Shown here piece after piece: positions 27,980 to 44,857 of a stretch of 64,000 bases of DNA. The notes under the pieces are model-generated. The model saw nothing but the letters and a program-made list of their open reading frames with translations. It was not told where the DNA came from and did not search any database. This DNA comes from the human T2T-CHM13v2.0 reference genome, Homo sapiens. The first letter of the stretch is position 1; the number at the start of each line of letters is the position of its first letter. The stretch lies in the NCBI RefSeq assembly GCF_009914755.1, contig NC_060940.1. The stretch is one strand, 5' to 3'. The position numbers and the translations under genes were made by a program.

Positions 27980-28505
27980 ATTTAAATAAAAATAAAGTAG
28001 GGAAAGAAAACAGATAGTGATTGTGTGTGTGATCAGTGATGGCTTTTGAGGAGGTGACATTTGAACTACACCCTGAATGAAGAGAGCCATGCAAAGACCT
28101 CAGCAAAGAAAATCTCAAGCACAGGTGCAGCAAGTGCAAAGGCCCTGGGGTGGAAACACACTCGATGTGTTCAAGGGAGAGTAAGTGGTGAATGGGTTTG
28201 GAGCCAACAGGGATAATAGACAACGCTATCAAGAGGGGGGCCAACCACACATGTGCAGCCACTGTATGACGTCTGGATTTTCCTTGAGTTATGGTGATCA
28301 CTATTGGGAGGTGGTAAGCAAACAGGTGACATAATTTGAATCATGGTTTTAAAAGACGCCATGGTTGCCATGAGGAGGACAATGCGTAGGAGGCAGGAGT
28401 GAAAGCTAAAGGATATGCTGGGAGGTGACCCTGGAGTTAAAGAGAGCAACTAAGGTGACCAGGTGACAATAATGGAGATAGAGAAAACAGGATGGATTCA
28501 GGAAA
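27980..28505 (-). mobile_element. L2
   Basis: gaggaggtgacatttgaactacaccctgaatga...gcaagtgcaaaggccctggggtggaaac. Confidence 0.8.
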
Positions 28506-28939
28506 CATGACCACACTGAGCATATTCAAATGTAATTGTCAGTTTTCGTGTCTCCCTCCCACTGGACCACAAGCCCCTAACTCTTCATGTACACACCCTG
28601 ACTCCCAGTGTGGGCTGGCCACCCAGGAGGCACCCAGTTTATGTGTGCTGCGTGAGTGATGTGGAATGACTGCCCACGTAGGAAGTGGCAGGTTGGAGAA
28701 AAAGCAGTCACAGCTCCTGGCTGCTGTGGCTGCTTTGAGCTTCTTCCTCGATCAGGCTGGATCATTACCAGCCTGTACCCTCAAAGGATGCCCTTAGTCC
28801 TGTCCCCTCTCACTAGCAGGGATTCCAAGCTTGTAAATAAAGTCTCCCACTTAAAATGTGAGCAGAGTGAAGAGCTGGCAGTGTCAAAACTCTGTGTCCA
28901 GATGTTTTATGATTTTCCCTTTTCCAGATGAGCCCGGTG

Positions 28940-29400
28940 TATCCGTATCAGTGTGTCTAGGAAGACCAAGCATGCCGAACGGCCAGCAGAGTAGAAACTC
29001 TGTGTGCCCATCCATTATGTACTCCCTGAATTAGGCTCCTTGAGGCTCAATTATTAAAGTGGGATTTTTCTTAATTATTAACAGTTAAAAATAGGAAAAT
29101 AGATTTCAAGGGGAAAAAATTTGCAGGCAACAAGAGTCCAATTCTAAATGTGTGCATGTGCGTAAAACGGAATTTGCCAAACATGAATAGGCACTTACAA
29201 TGTGACTGGAATTGGCTCTGTCATGTGTCAGCCTAATAGCCTAAACCCTGGTTCAATACAATGAACTTGTGAAGGTTTGCTTAATGAAAGAACTGACGTT
29301 TTCTGTGCAGCGGCTGCATTCATCAGCCTGCATCCTGTTCATTACACTACAAAGGGCTGCCAATGGGAATTGGTAGGATCATCTATTAGGTAAATGCGAT
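28940..29400. promoter_or_regulatory. Putative conserved non-coding element
   Basis: Repeat-free; caattatta, ttaattatta, TGTCA x2, ACAATG x2, TAATGA. Confidence 0.35.
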
Positions 29401-30010
29401 GGGGACAAAAGATAGCAGAGCCCGGGGCTTTGTGGAATTTTCTGTGGTGGTCCGGGTTCCTGGAGTAGGGAGCTGTGATGACGGGCAACAGATTTCCAAG
29501 TTGGCACGCGGGCTTCTGGAGTCACGGGCTGAATTCCGGCACTGCCACATCTTGCCACGCACATCCTAAGGGAGTGTAGAGAAGAGAGTTTTCAGTTATG
29601 CATGACACTGCCTTACCCATTGTGGATTCAGTAGGGATATTCATAACTGTGAATTTGAATATAACTATTAAATAATTGAATTATTATTATTGAGTTACTG
29701 AATATAACTATTGAGTTTTCCCTCTCCATCTGGGCACATGGGAAGGCCGTACTTTCCTGACATGTGATTTGCTGTGGCGAGTGGAATCTGGGGGCAAGAG
29801 ACGTGTGTCTCCTTGAGGCAGAAACTTTAACAGATTCCAGCCTGCTGCATCATAATCTCCTTTCCCTCTACCACGCTGACTGGCAGTATTCCAGATTCCG
29901 ATTGCCCTGTCAGGGTGGGTCCTAGTGGTAGGACAAAAGCAAGAATCCTGAGCTGACCCAAGACACACATGGAAACATTAATTGTGCTTCTCTGATGTGG
30001 CTTTAAGATA

Positions 30011-30289
<279 letters not shown>

Positions 30290-30300
30290 TGAGATGTGGG

Positions 30301-30611
30301 GGCCAGGCACAGTGGCTCATGCCTGTAATCCCAACACTCTGGGAGGCTAAGGCTGGAGGATTGCTTGAAGCCAGGAGTTTGAGAATAGCCTGGTTAACAT
30401 AGTGAGAGCCCCATGTTTCTAAAAATTTAAAAAAATTAGCCGAGTGTGGTGGTGTGCCACAGTAGTCCCAGCTACTCAGGAGGCTAAGGCAGGGGGATTG
30501 TTGGAGCCCGGGAGGTCAAGGCTGTATAGTAAACTGTGATCCTGCCACTGCACTGTAGCCTGGGTGACAGAGCAAGACACTGTCTCTTTAAAAATAAATA
30601 AATAAATTAAA
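30301..30611 (+). mobile_element. AluJ
   Basis: ggaggattgcttgaagccaggag...gggaggtcaaggctg; TSD aagatactgagatgtggg / aagacactgagatttggg. Confidence 0.95.
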
Positions 30612-31687
30612 AAGACACTGAGATTTGGGGGTTACTTGTAACTGTGTCATAACCTGGCTCCTTACTGCCATCGGCATGCCTAGAGGGATCCCAGTTTTAC
30701 ACATCAGAACAACCCAAGCCCCAGTGTGTCACGCCATTACATGCTTACAGCCTATTTTTACAAAGTTTGAATATTGTAATTTGCCTTTAAAAAATTGTTT
30801 TAAAGATCTGCCTAGGTCAGCAAATTTTATTTACTCTCTAGAACCATTTGATTGGGGTACTGCCTTAAGAAATAAAGCAGATTCCTTCAGTCGCATGTGG
30901 GCCTGGAGTCACTGGAAAATGCAGACAAAACAAGATCTGCTGATTGGCAAGGTCATCTTGGGAAGGGCCATCGTGCAGTAAAGAGCAGGTCCATTAATTC
31001 AGGGGGGATTTACATCAGTTCCATCTGCCTCTTTCCTAATGGGACTGTTTGGTTGTGTTCTTTCCTGGAGAGATTAGTGATTGAAAGGAGGAGATCTAGA
31101 AAGAAGAGATAAAAGTTTACATTTAATTTTCATGCCATGCAGCGTTCTACGAAGGCTTCCTAAGGAGGCTCCATACTAAATTCAGACATAAGTCAGAAGG
31201 CAGCTTCTCCCAAGACACTGTTGATGTCCAGGGGGTGACAGTTCCATCACAAAAGGGGGTTAAAAGGGTTTAGGGGAAGTTTAGTTGTCTTCCTTTTATC
31301 TCTAACTCTAAAACCCAACTGCTGGCTGAATTAAAAGTCTCTTACATAATGGTCAGAGGAGTTTTGAGTATCGGATCTTTGTGTACTTGTTTTTTAAATT
31401 CAGTCACGTCTTAAATAGTACTTTTCACTCTCCTCCTCTCCACACCACTTTATGTGTTTGCTAGTAGGTTCCATGAAACTCTATGGGTGAACATGTCTGC
31501 AACTCTTTGGCATTTAAATTTTAGGTTTCTGCCCCTCGTAGCAGACTATCTTTCTAGAAGCAGAGCTGTAAGTCTCTTTTAACACCATTTTCAAGCTTGG
31601 ACAGGCTGACATTTTTATTGAATGGGTTATCTCAATATATATCTACTTTTTTGCATCCTACTTTTTTTAGAAAATTAAAAATGATAT

Positions 31688-32055
<368 letters not shown>

Positions 32056-32292
32056 TCATTTGAGAGCTCTCTCCTTTGTTTCTGTCTTTCTCTTGCATCA
32101 GCTTGCATCTGTTTGCCTATGCTATAAGGCATCAGTGGTTACCAGGCAGTGTTGCATTTTTTCCATCCCATACCTCTGTGTGTGTTCCTTATCTGTTTCT
32201 AGGATGTGCCCTCTGCCCCGTCACATCACACTCTGTGCTGCTCTCAGCCAAAGCTCTTCTTAAATACACTAGCCATCAAAACCATACAACTT

Positions 32293-32594
32293 GGCTGGGT
32301 GCGGTGGCTCACACCTGTAATCTTAGCATTTTGAGAGGCCGAGGCGGGTGGATCACTTGAGGTCAGGAATTCAAGACCAGCCTGGCCACCATGGTGAAGC
32401 CCCGTCTCTACTAAAAATACAAAAAATTAGCCAGCTGTGGTGGCACATGCCTGTAATCCCAGCTACTCGGGAGGCTGGGACAGGAGAACCACTGGAACCT
32501 GGGAAGCGGAGGTTGCAGTCAGCCGAGATCTATGCCATTGCACTCCAGCCTGTGTGACAGAGGAAGACTTTGTCTCAAACAAACAAACAAAAAA
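32293..32594 (+). mobile_element. AluS
   Basis: Full dimer; TSD catacaactt. Confidence 0.95.
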
Positions 32595-32754
32595 CATACA
32601 ACTTAACTCTCATACCCCCACGCCTGTCTTTTCTCCTGTTCGACTTGACTCCTCTTGGGAATTCCGTAAGTACTTTGAGGGCAAGGACCACAAGATAAAT
32701 GTCGTAAGGTAACCAGGAATGACATTCCAAGATTCCATTCTTTCCTTTGTATAT

Positions 32755-33160
32755 CCACTCATCATTCATTATATTCTTACTCTGGGCTAGGCCCTGGGAA
32801 CAGTTTAGTAAGAACAAGCAGGAACAAACAATTAGAACATTTAGTGTGGCAAGGGGCGTGACAAAGTTACCAAGAGAGGTAGGTGAGAGACAGGAGTTGT
32901 TATCTGTGGGGAACAGGTGAAGGAGTGACAGCAGGGGGTGAGGATAAGAAGGAGGAAGCTTTACCCCTGAGAAGAGCAGGCATCAGATGGGCTTTGGAAT
33001 CTACATGGGTGTTTGTAGGTAGACCATCCTGGAAGTTGAGTGATGGGGAATAAAGGGAAGAAAGTGCATTCTGAACAGAGGGAATAGCAGGTACAGCAGC
33101 TCAGACATGGGCACCTTCAGAGCGTGTCTGAGTCTTCCTGATGAGACACGTGGTGTTCAC
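32755..33160 (-). mobile_element. L2
   Basis: cactcatcattcatt...gcattctgaacagagggaatagcaggtacagcagctcagacatgg. Confidence 0.6.
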
Positions 33161-33674
33161 TTGATAACTCCCTGGCAGGTTCTCTTCATCGGGCCTCCAC
33201 ATAGGGTATGCGAACCTCTTCATGTTTTTAAAAGGGAGAGATTTAATAAAGGCAATTTGGTACTTAAAAATTGTTAGAAGAGCTAAAAGAGTAGTTTTGA
33301 GGTTGACCTTCAGAACGGCTTCCTGAATAATACAGAAGTGACCCTCCAGGAAGGCCCTTCCACTGAAGCTACAACTGGAGCTAAGCAGATGGATAAGCCA
33401 AAACCACCTCCGTTGCTGTGGCCCCATCTCCACCACAAGGAAGCTGGAGAAGGGACCCCAGAACCGGAAGACAAAAAACTTCCTTCACACACTCCCTTGC
33501 TAAGAGGAGAAGCCCCAAAGAAGCTGGATATGGCCCTTCCCTCACATTTGCTGTCCCAAGTGTCCCATGGCAGTGCCTAAGCAATTGGTGGGATGGATTT
33601 GTGTCTATAAACAAAGTTGCAAGGGAGTCTGGAAAGGGAGTTTTAACTCCAACTTCTTCAACTAGAATGGTAGG

Positions 33675-33884
33675 ATCCAGGGGCAGCATTGCTCCCCAGG
33701 GGATGTTTTTACAATGTCTGGGATATTTTTTAGTTGTCAGAACTGGAAGCAGGAAGAAGTGCTACTGTCATCTAATGGGTCAAGGCCAGTGATGGTGCTG
33801 ACTATCCTACAATCCATAGGACAGTACCTACCACAAAGAATTACCTACCCCCAAAATGTCAATGTGCCCAGGTTGAGAAACGTG
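33675..33884 (+). mobile_element. MER20
   Basis: ttgctccccaggggatgtttttacaatgtctgg...caaaatgtcaatgtgcccaggttgagaaac. Confidence 0.85.
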
Positions 33885-34957
33885 ACCTAGCTGGAAGGTG
33901 AACAGGAACTAAATGAGTCAGTTTCAGATATCCAACACAAATATGTCACTTGTTTCTGTTCCAAAAGTATTATAATTTTTGTTTGAGCTAAAAACTAGTT
34001 ACAGTTCATTGGATAATTGCCTTTCATCCCTTCAATATGTGTTCCCTTGAAATTTGCATCCATGCATCCCACATGGCACCCCTATTGATTATTTCAGTGA
34101 CTCAGAAGACTTCATTATTCAAAATAATCTCTAATAAGATGTTTAGGGAGAAGGAAAAATAAAGTTTCTCTCCACGTTACGTTTTTTTCTTGCACATGTA
34201 CTGCTTTTTCATAAGCACAATCTTATTAATAGAACAAGTCCTCTCAAAATGGTTGCCTTTTCTCCCTTCATCCTCCCCCACCAGTAATGTAGAGCTGTTA
34301 TTTGGCTCGTTTTTCTTTTTCCTCCAGAGGCAGGAAGAGGGAATGAATGGTGGCCAAGAATTTTAAATTCCTGTTCCCGGCCGCCCCCGGAAGCTCCATC
34401 TTTGTTGTGAGGGCTTCTCTGCGTCAGTAGAGGCCAGCTGAGCTCTTATTCACCCCTTATTCTCTGGTTCCCTTTCACCAGCAGGTCCAGCTCTAACCAC
34501 AGCTGGAGTTTAGGAAGGCCAGGCAGCGTGTGTTGAATGCCAGCCACTCTTCTACCCAGGGTCATATCCTTGGATGTTTTTCTGTGCATCTGTCTTTTCC
34601 GACCCTCCCGTGATTCTGGAAGGAAACACCTTTCCAAGCTCCCCAGTGACCCTGGTTCATCCCGGAAATATGCAGGAAAAGCATTATGAGCATTGCAGTG
34701 CCACATGCTGCATTGGTGTGTTACGTTATGAGAACTATTAGGGCTGATCTCTGAGAAACTTACCAGTGGTGTGTGATCGGAAATCATGTCACCCTCTGAA
34801 TGTGGGTTATGGGATAAATGGCTAGGTACACAGGCTTCAGAGTCCAGCCAGCCCCAGGTTTGTATTACAGATGGTTGCTGTACTAGATGAATAATGTCCC
34901 CCCAAATTCGTGTCTATCTGGAACCTCAGAATGTGACCTCATTTGGAAATAAGGCCT

Positions 34958-35107
34958 TTTTAATTAAAAAAAATTTTTTATTTAAAAAACAGAGATAGAG
35001 TCTTGCCATCTTGCCCAGGCTAGTCTCAAACTGTTGGGCTGAAGCAGTTCTCCTGCTTTGACCTCCTAAAGTGCTGGGATTACAGACATGAGCCACTCCA
35101 CCTACCC
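34958..35107 (-). mobile_element. FLAM
   Basis: Single antisense monomer; TSD gaaataaggccttt / gaaataaggtcttt. Confidence 0.85.
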
Positions 35108-35394
35108 AGAAATAAGGTCTTTATAGATGTAACTGAAATAAAGATAGAGATGTGAATGTGATCGTACTGGTTTAGGGTGGGCCCTACATCCAATAAGAAT
35201 GTCCTTAGCAGAGACAGAACAGAGACACCGAGAGAGGAAGGTGATGCCAAGACAGAAGTAAAGATTGGAGTGGTGCCATCTACCAGCCAAGGAATGCCAA
35301 GGCTGTGGCTACACCAGAAGCTGGAACAGAGCCTGCAAGCATTTCTCCTGCAGAACCCCCAGAAGGGACTCAGCCTGCAGACACTCAGATTTCA

Positions 35395-35742
<348 letters not shown>

Positions 35743-35879
35743 AATAAATTTCTATTGTTTTAAGACAATTTGCCTGTGGCCCTAGGAAACCAGTATAGAT
35801 AACTTGTGATGGTTTAGCTTATTTAGTACAACAACCCTGCCCCTTCTAGTTTTTATGATAACCTCATTAATTGCCGGTA

Positions 35880-36030
35880 CTCTCAGAGCCCTGATTTTCT
35901 TATCTATAAAGTAGAGATTCCCTATCTCATTTGGAGGTGATTTTAAGGCACAAATGAGACAGTGTATGTAAAGCATTTGGCATAGTGCCTGATTCAGAGT
36001 AAGTGACCAATAAATAGCTACCCTTACTAT
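35880..36030 (+). mobile_element. MIR
   Basis: ttttcttatctataaagtagag...tgtaaagcatttggcatagtgcctgattcagagtaagtgaccaataaatagcta. Confidence 0.75.
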
Positions 36031-36059
36031 TTAGAATGCTATTATTTAGAACATAAGTA

Positions 36060-38883
<2,824 letters not shown>

Positions 38884-39169
38884 AGAACTTCATAGTTTAC
38901 TCTTATTATTTTCTCCTAACCACTAGGTTCCACACTTCTGGCCACCTGCCTTTATCTCCTGCCCCATAACCTAACCTGTTTTAAAATACTTATTAAACAA
39001 AGAAAAATAAACAAGAACAAATGGAGAATCTTTCACTATGACTGCAACTGAAAAGAGGAGTAATGGAAGGACATGTACTCTTCCCATATATTTTTAAACG
39101 ATTACTGTATCTGATTTTTCATTTTTCATTTTTTTTCTTTTCTGGAAGAAAGAGCAGATCTGGATAAAG

Positions 39170-39590
39170 TCAGTATACAATGTGGTCTTTGGTGACAGAC
39201 CCAAGTTCAAGACCAAGGTGTATGCATGGGTTTGTTCAAGTTGTCTACCCTTATTATCCCCTCAGTGAAACATGATTAACCATGCTTACCTTGAAGAGTT
39301 ATCTTAAATATTTGTGTTAATATTATATATGTACATTACATGGTAAGTGCTAAGTAAATGGTACATGTGAGTCTTTGCTCTAGGCAAGGCGCTGTGCTGA
39401 ATGTTTACATAGATGATCGGATCATCATATTGGATCCTCAAAACGTTCATCAAAATGGGTAGGATTATTTTTATGTATATTTAACAGGTAAGGAAAATGG
39501 GGTTTCTGGAGGTGAGTGACTCACTCAAGATCACGTGGAATCAAGCAGAGAAGCTGGGGTTTTAATTCAGAAGTTCTTTAAGCTACAGCT
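39170..39590. mobile_element. Two MIRs tail-to-tail (+ ~39170-39365; - ~39370-39590)
   Basis: acatggtaagtgctaagtaaatgg, then ggtaaggaaaatggggtttctggaggtgagtgactcactcaagatcac. Confidence 0.6.
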
Positions 39591-39992
39591 GTAATTGAGA
39601 CAAGAACCGTACACTGTAGTAAGATTAATGTAAAGATTTAAAAAACTGTTCATATCGTTCATCTACATAAATAAATAATATTTACAGAAACTCATCTCTG
39701 CAGACTAAAGTACTTTAAATATTTAATCTAATTTATTGGTTATTTATTTAACAAATACTTTTATGGGCCTTGCCATGTTCCAGGCACGGTTGTAAGCACT
39801 TACAACTAGTGACTCATTTAACCATTTCACAAATATTTATTTTGAGAGCAAGCACGGGGGTTTATGTGATGGTTCCACAGAGCAGTGAAAAGACTCCCGC
39901 CCTACTGCTCGCAACCTCAGATGTCCCTGGGCACTAGCCCATCTGTATGGCTTTAAAAAAAATAAATTAAATTTTTAAAAACATGACTTTCT

Positions 39993-40125
39993 GGCCAGGC
40001 GCAGTGGCTCATGCCTATAACCCTGCACTTAGAGAGGGCAAGACAGAAGGATCGCTTGAGGCCAGGAGTTTGAGACCAGCCTGGGCAACATAGCGAGACC
40101 TTGTCTGTACTAAAAAATTATTAAA
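39993..40125 (+). mobile_element. FLAM
   Basis: ggatcgcttgaggccaggagtttgagaccagcctgggcaacatagcgagacc; single monomer; TSD catgacttt. Confidence 0.9.
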
Positions 40126-40779
40126 AGAAAATATATATATTTTTTTAAATCATGACTTTTCTGATCATACCTGTGGCATACTCATTATAGAAAATTTGGA
40201 AAATGTAAGAAGTCATAAAGAAGTGGGAAAAAATTTAAATCCTTCTCTGTCCCACCACAAACCATTTAAATCAATCCAAGATTTTAGTGGAAAGGGAAAG
40301 CATATGATCTAGTACAAAGAATTTTTTTTAGCTTCTTCTCCGCTGCTTGTTTAAGAATCTCAGAGTAATCCAGACATTACTACTCCATAAGCAAATCTGG
40401 GACAGTAATCAGACAACCAGACAACCAGACTGAGAGCCCCCAAGGGTTCAAATTCCTGAGCGCCGTGTCTTCTCTATAGCTTGCTGTCTTGTTCTATTTG
40501 GATATAAAGCTACCATCAAGCAGAAGAAGCGGGATGCTCTCTACAGAGTCCGAAACAAAACACAGAAAATTAACCTGCTACCATCCTCTAAAGAAGCGAG
40601 GGTCTCAGACTTTGTCCCCTTTTGTTCCTGCATTGCCCTCCATTCAGATCTTGTCACTTAGGCCTTGGTAGCATGAGCTATTAACAGCCCTCCATATTTA
40701 CTATTTTTTTTTTTTTTTTTAACTCTGGGAGTTCCTGTTGCAGAAATTGGATCACTTACCTAAAAAGCTCCCCACCCCC

Positions 40780-41350
40780 ACCTTTGGTGACTGGTGGGTT
40801 TCATCACCAGGAAAGCACATTGTTCCAACTCAAAGTCTACAGTCTAAAATCATCATCATGTATTTTCATCAGGATGAAATATCGGGCACTCTTCTCAGTG
40901 CAAGGTTTTATTAATGATGTGCTGTCAGGGGCTGGATGTTCTGCATATTTGCATATTAAACAGCTGAGTGAAGAAACATTGCTTTTATTGCTGCAGGGAA
41001 TAAATCAGTTTAAAGCAAGTTCTCATCATTTATACTCGTTTCAGCTAAGTCTTCTTTTATTGAAATAAATTGTTGAAGTGCTTTGCTCATTCTTTGAATA
41101 CTGATGAACTTTACCTTGATAGGACCTCAGGAAAAATAATATTTTCTTAAAGGTGCAGTATTGTTCCATTTTTGAGTATTACTTTAATACATTATTGATA
41201 AGTTAATTTAGAAGTATCAAGTGAAAGGGGAAGAAAAACAGTTTTGAATAAAAACGGTGTTTCCTCTGGACTATTTTGCCAAATGCATTTTTATTGGTAG
41301 AACGTAAGCAAATTTAAAAAAGCAACAAAAGCAGTTTTTATGAATACCTA
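40780..41350. promoter_or_regulatory. Putative non-coding regulatory element with octamer
   Basis: ATTTGCAT 40947-40954 within tgcatatttgcata; TTTTATTAATGA; CAGCTG. Confidence 0.35.
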
Positions 41351-41679
41351 GCGTACTTTTTTTTTTTAATGAACCATGAGCTGTTTTTGCATTCAAATTC
41401 TCGTAGGCATTATATTGCATCTACACATAAGGACACAGTGTTTACAGACCCCAAAGCTTGCTGTCCCCTGGGCAGGTGCATGAGGGGGTCCCAGGCAATC
41501 AGGCTCTTCTCAAACCTGAATTATACCCGGCCTCAGGGTATAGGGGTCAGGCAGCTGTTTGACAGGATTCTTGCAAATGTTTTTGGTTTCTCTGTCTACT
41601 CATTACGTACACTCTGCCAGAGGTTGAAAACTCAATGTTGAGATCACATACATCCTGAAAACACTGTTTAAATAAAATT

Positions 41680-41805
41680 TTGGCCTGCATCCTGTTTTTG
41701 AAAACTTGCAATGGCTTGCCAACGTTTTCAAGTTGAGAAGTTTCACAAAAAAAATTCGGATTTCCAGCTTCTTTCAAAAACACAGGTCAAACATCCTGAG
41801 CCTGT
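41680..41805. mobile_element. MER103C-like DNA transposon fragment
   Basis: ttgccaacgttttcaagttgagaagtttcacaaaaaaaattcggatttccagcttctttcaaaaa. Confidence 0.55.
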
Positions 41806-42209
41806 TCTGTGGTCAGTTACTCATTAGCAGCCTCTGCTCTAGGAGGAATAGTTATGGGTCCTTTCAGACATGCAACCCCCCAAACTCCATGTTGTTTACA
41901 GTGTGGGACACCTGACTTTCACCTTTTATGATACCTGCCTGGGGCATGCATGTGGTGACTTTTTCCATCTCTGGTCTCTATCTTATCTCTTGTGATGAAC
42001 TCAGGTCTATAAAGCATTTGGGCACTGCCTGGCACATAGGATATGTCCAGAAAACACTAGCTGGTATTAAAACAGAGGAAACATGGGAACTGAGGGTGGT
42101 CAGTGACATCACATTGTATTTCCTTTATGGTGTCCTTCTGAGTACAGAACCAAACATTTCTTAGGCGTACAATTTCCTGCCTCCAAATTAATGTTATTTC
42201 TAAAAAGTA

Positions 42210-42716
42210 GCCCGTTCCACTCCTACAAATCTTTGCCCAAATATGTCCTTTTCAGGGATGACATCCTTAGCCACTGTTTAAAATAGCAAATTTCTTTCCA
42301 AACTCTGCCGTCCCTGAATCTCTACCCTGCTTTATTTTTCTCCTTAGCAGACATCATTTCTCTGTTTAATCTGTCTACTTGCTAATTGTCTCACTGCCCT
42401 CCCCCTCCCCACTGGAGAGTGAATGAAGGCTTAAGGTTTTGTCTGCCTTGGTCTCTCCTGGGTCCTGAGTACCAGTGGCCTTACGTGGCATTTGGTAGAT
42501 TACATGCTTAATGAAAAGTGAGTGAATGGGCTGGGTGTGGTGGGTCACACCTGTAATCCTGGCTACTCAGGAGGCTGAGACAGGAGGATCGCTTGAGCCC
42601 AGGAGGTCGAGGCTGCAGTAGGGTATGAGCGGGCCACTGCACTTCAGCCTGGGCAACAGAGCGAGACCTTCTGTCTAAAAATATTTATCTATATTGAGTG
42701 AATAAATGAATGAATG
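42210..42716 (+). mobile_element. L2 3' end with FRAM inserted in its (TGAA) tail
   Basis: tttatttttctccttagca...gaatgaaggcttaaggttttgtctg...gtgagtgaatg. Confidence 0.65.
42529..42682 (+). mobile_element. FRAM / AluJ right monomer
   Basis: ggaggatcgcttgagcccaggaggtcgaggctgcag...gggcaacagagcgagacc. Confidence 0.85.
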
Positions 42717-42744
42717 GATTATTTTAGTTTGGCCTCAATCTTTA

Positions 42745-43035
42745 TAGAAACTCAATTCAACAAACATTTGAGCACCTGTTTGTTCAGGGCCACGTGCTGG
42801 TTGCAACCTGGAAGGAAAAGCTGGGCAAGGCGGAGATCCAGTGCTCAGGAAGCTGAGTCCATGCCAAGATGTGATAATTGTATAAAGAACTACAATAGGC
42901 ATAGGTACAGATCTGTAAAATATGAAAACAGGAAAACACATGGAGTCTTGGAGGGTAGGGAAGTCTTGATGAGTAAGATTGGGTCTGAGATAAACCTAAA
43001 AGAGGGTCAAGATTTTGACGGAGGGCTGGAAGGGA
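42745..43035 (-). mobile_element. L2 3' end
   Basis: attcaacaaacatttgagcacctg. Confidence 0.6.
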
Positions 43036-43059
43036 GGAACGATAGGAAACTGACCTTTT

Positions 43060-43290
43060 TTCAGATCTCTTCTTGTGCGTGGCCTGGGGTTAAGTGCTTT
43101 ACATGCATCCCCTCATTGACTTCTCAGAGCAGCTCCATAAAGAGTCCCTGTGCTTCCCAGTTTACTCTGGAGACGACTGAGGCTCACAGAGGTTAAGCCA
43201 CCTACCCAGGCTGGCACCGCACACTTTGTTCAGAGTGGGCCTGGCATACGGCATCAGTTCAGCCTGGCCCTAGACCCTTTTCCTCCCACA
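43060..43290 (-). mobile_element. MIR
   Basis: gagacgactgaggctcacagaggttaagccacctacccagg. Confidence 0.7.
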
Positions 43291-43513
43291 ACCATATTGC
43301 CCCCAGTGGAGAGACAGGAAAGCAGGGAAGGGGGCAATTGCCAAGCCTGTTTCTAGAATCTCAAGGATGCCATTTGGTGAAGCTGAGGCTGGTGCAGTTA
43401 CTCTGTGGAGACACCAGCGTCTTGGACCTAGGGATGGATTCAGGGAGGATTGTGTCCCCCAGTGACCTGCTTTGTGAAAGGTAGAGAATAGATTACAGGT
43501 GCCCGAGATCCTA

Positions 43514-44008
<495 letters not shown>

Positions 44009-44249
44009 TTATTTTTAAGTGGAAAATGCACATTTAATAACATGAGAATAATGTCCAAACATCTTCTCATTGATGGCTGCCAAGAGAACAGCAGCACTCT
44101 TGCTGCCTGCAGAAAGAGACACTCAGAGTCAACTGTTTTAGGGGCCATGCTGTCATTGCTGCCGCATTTGCTTAGGTGGGCTCTGAGCAGCAGCTTCCCA
44201 GACACTCCGTAACCAATGGCAGCTGAGTGCTTTTGTGCCTTGCAAATCC

Positions 44250-44425
44250 TCTAGTCAGAGCAGACCTGGCTTAGGACCCCAGCCCTACCACTAACTGACT
44301 CCATGCGCTCCTATCGGTTCTTTATTTTACCTCTGCAAGCCTCAGTTTTCTCATCTGTAAAGTAGGGATAACATTAGCTTCAGCCCTCACAGGCTTAGAG
44401 TGAAGTTTAAATAAGAAAAGGTATC
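44250..44425 (+). mobile_element. MIR (continues ~45065-45120)
   Basis: gcctcagttttctcatctgtaaagtagggataac. Confidence 0.75.
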
Positions 44426-44427
44426 TA

Positions 44428-44846
44428 GGCTGGGCGTGGCGGCTCACGCCTGTAATCCCAGCACTGAGGGAGGCTGAGGCTGGTGGATAGCTTGAGCCCA
44501 GGAGTTCGAGACCAGCCTGAGCAGCATAACGAGACCCGTCTCTGCAGAAAATACAAAAATTAGCCAGGTGTGGTGGCATGCATCTGCAGTCCTGGCTACT
44601 CAGAAGGCTGAGGTGGGAGGATTGCGTGAGCCCAGGAGTTCAAGACCAGCCTGAACGACATAAAAAGACCTATCTCTACAAAAATTAGCTGGGCATGGTG
44701 TCACGTGCCTGTAGTCCTAGCTACTCGGGAGGCTGAGGTGGGAGGATCGCTTGAGCCCCGGGAGGTAGAGGCATGATCATGCCACTTCACTGCGGCCTGA
44801 GCTACAGGGACTCTGTCTCAAAGGAAAGAAAACAAACAAACAAAAA
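44428..44846 (+). mobile_element. Trimeric AluJ (left + right/left hybrid + right monomer)
   Basis: Two A-rich linkers (aaaatacaaaaattagcc ~44548; ctacaaaaattagctg ~44677); one TSD-like pair aaaaggtatctag / aaaagccatgtag. Confidence 0.85.
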
Positions 44847-44857
44847 GCCATGTAGAG

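Noticed and set aside
39460-39495. CAG|GTAAG recursive-splice-like motif at 39485-39492
   Set aside because: Lies in a MIR core variant (ttttacagatgagg) with a weak pyrimidine tract; expected by chance
39170-39590. Tail-to-tail MIR pair (also 7170-7765) and L2 pair (42210-43035) as miRNA-like hairpins
   Set aside because: Copies look too diverged or are interrupted, so no stable stem is visible by eye
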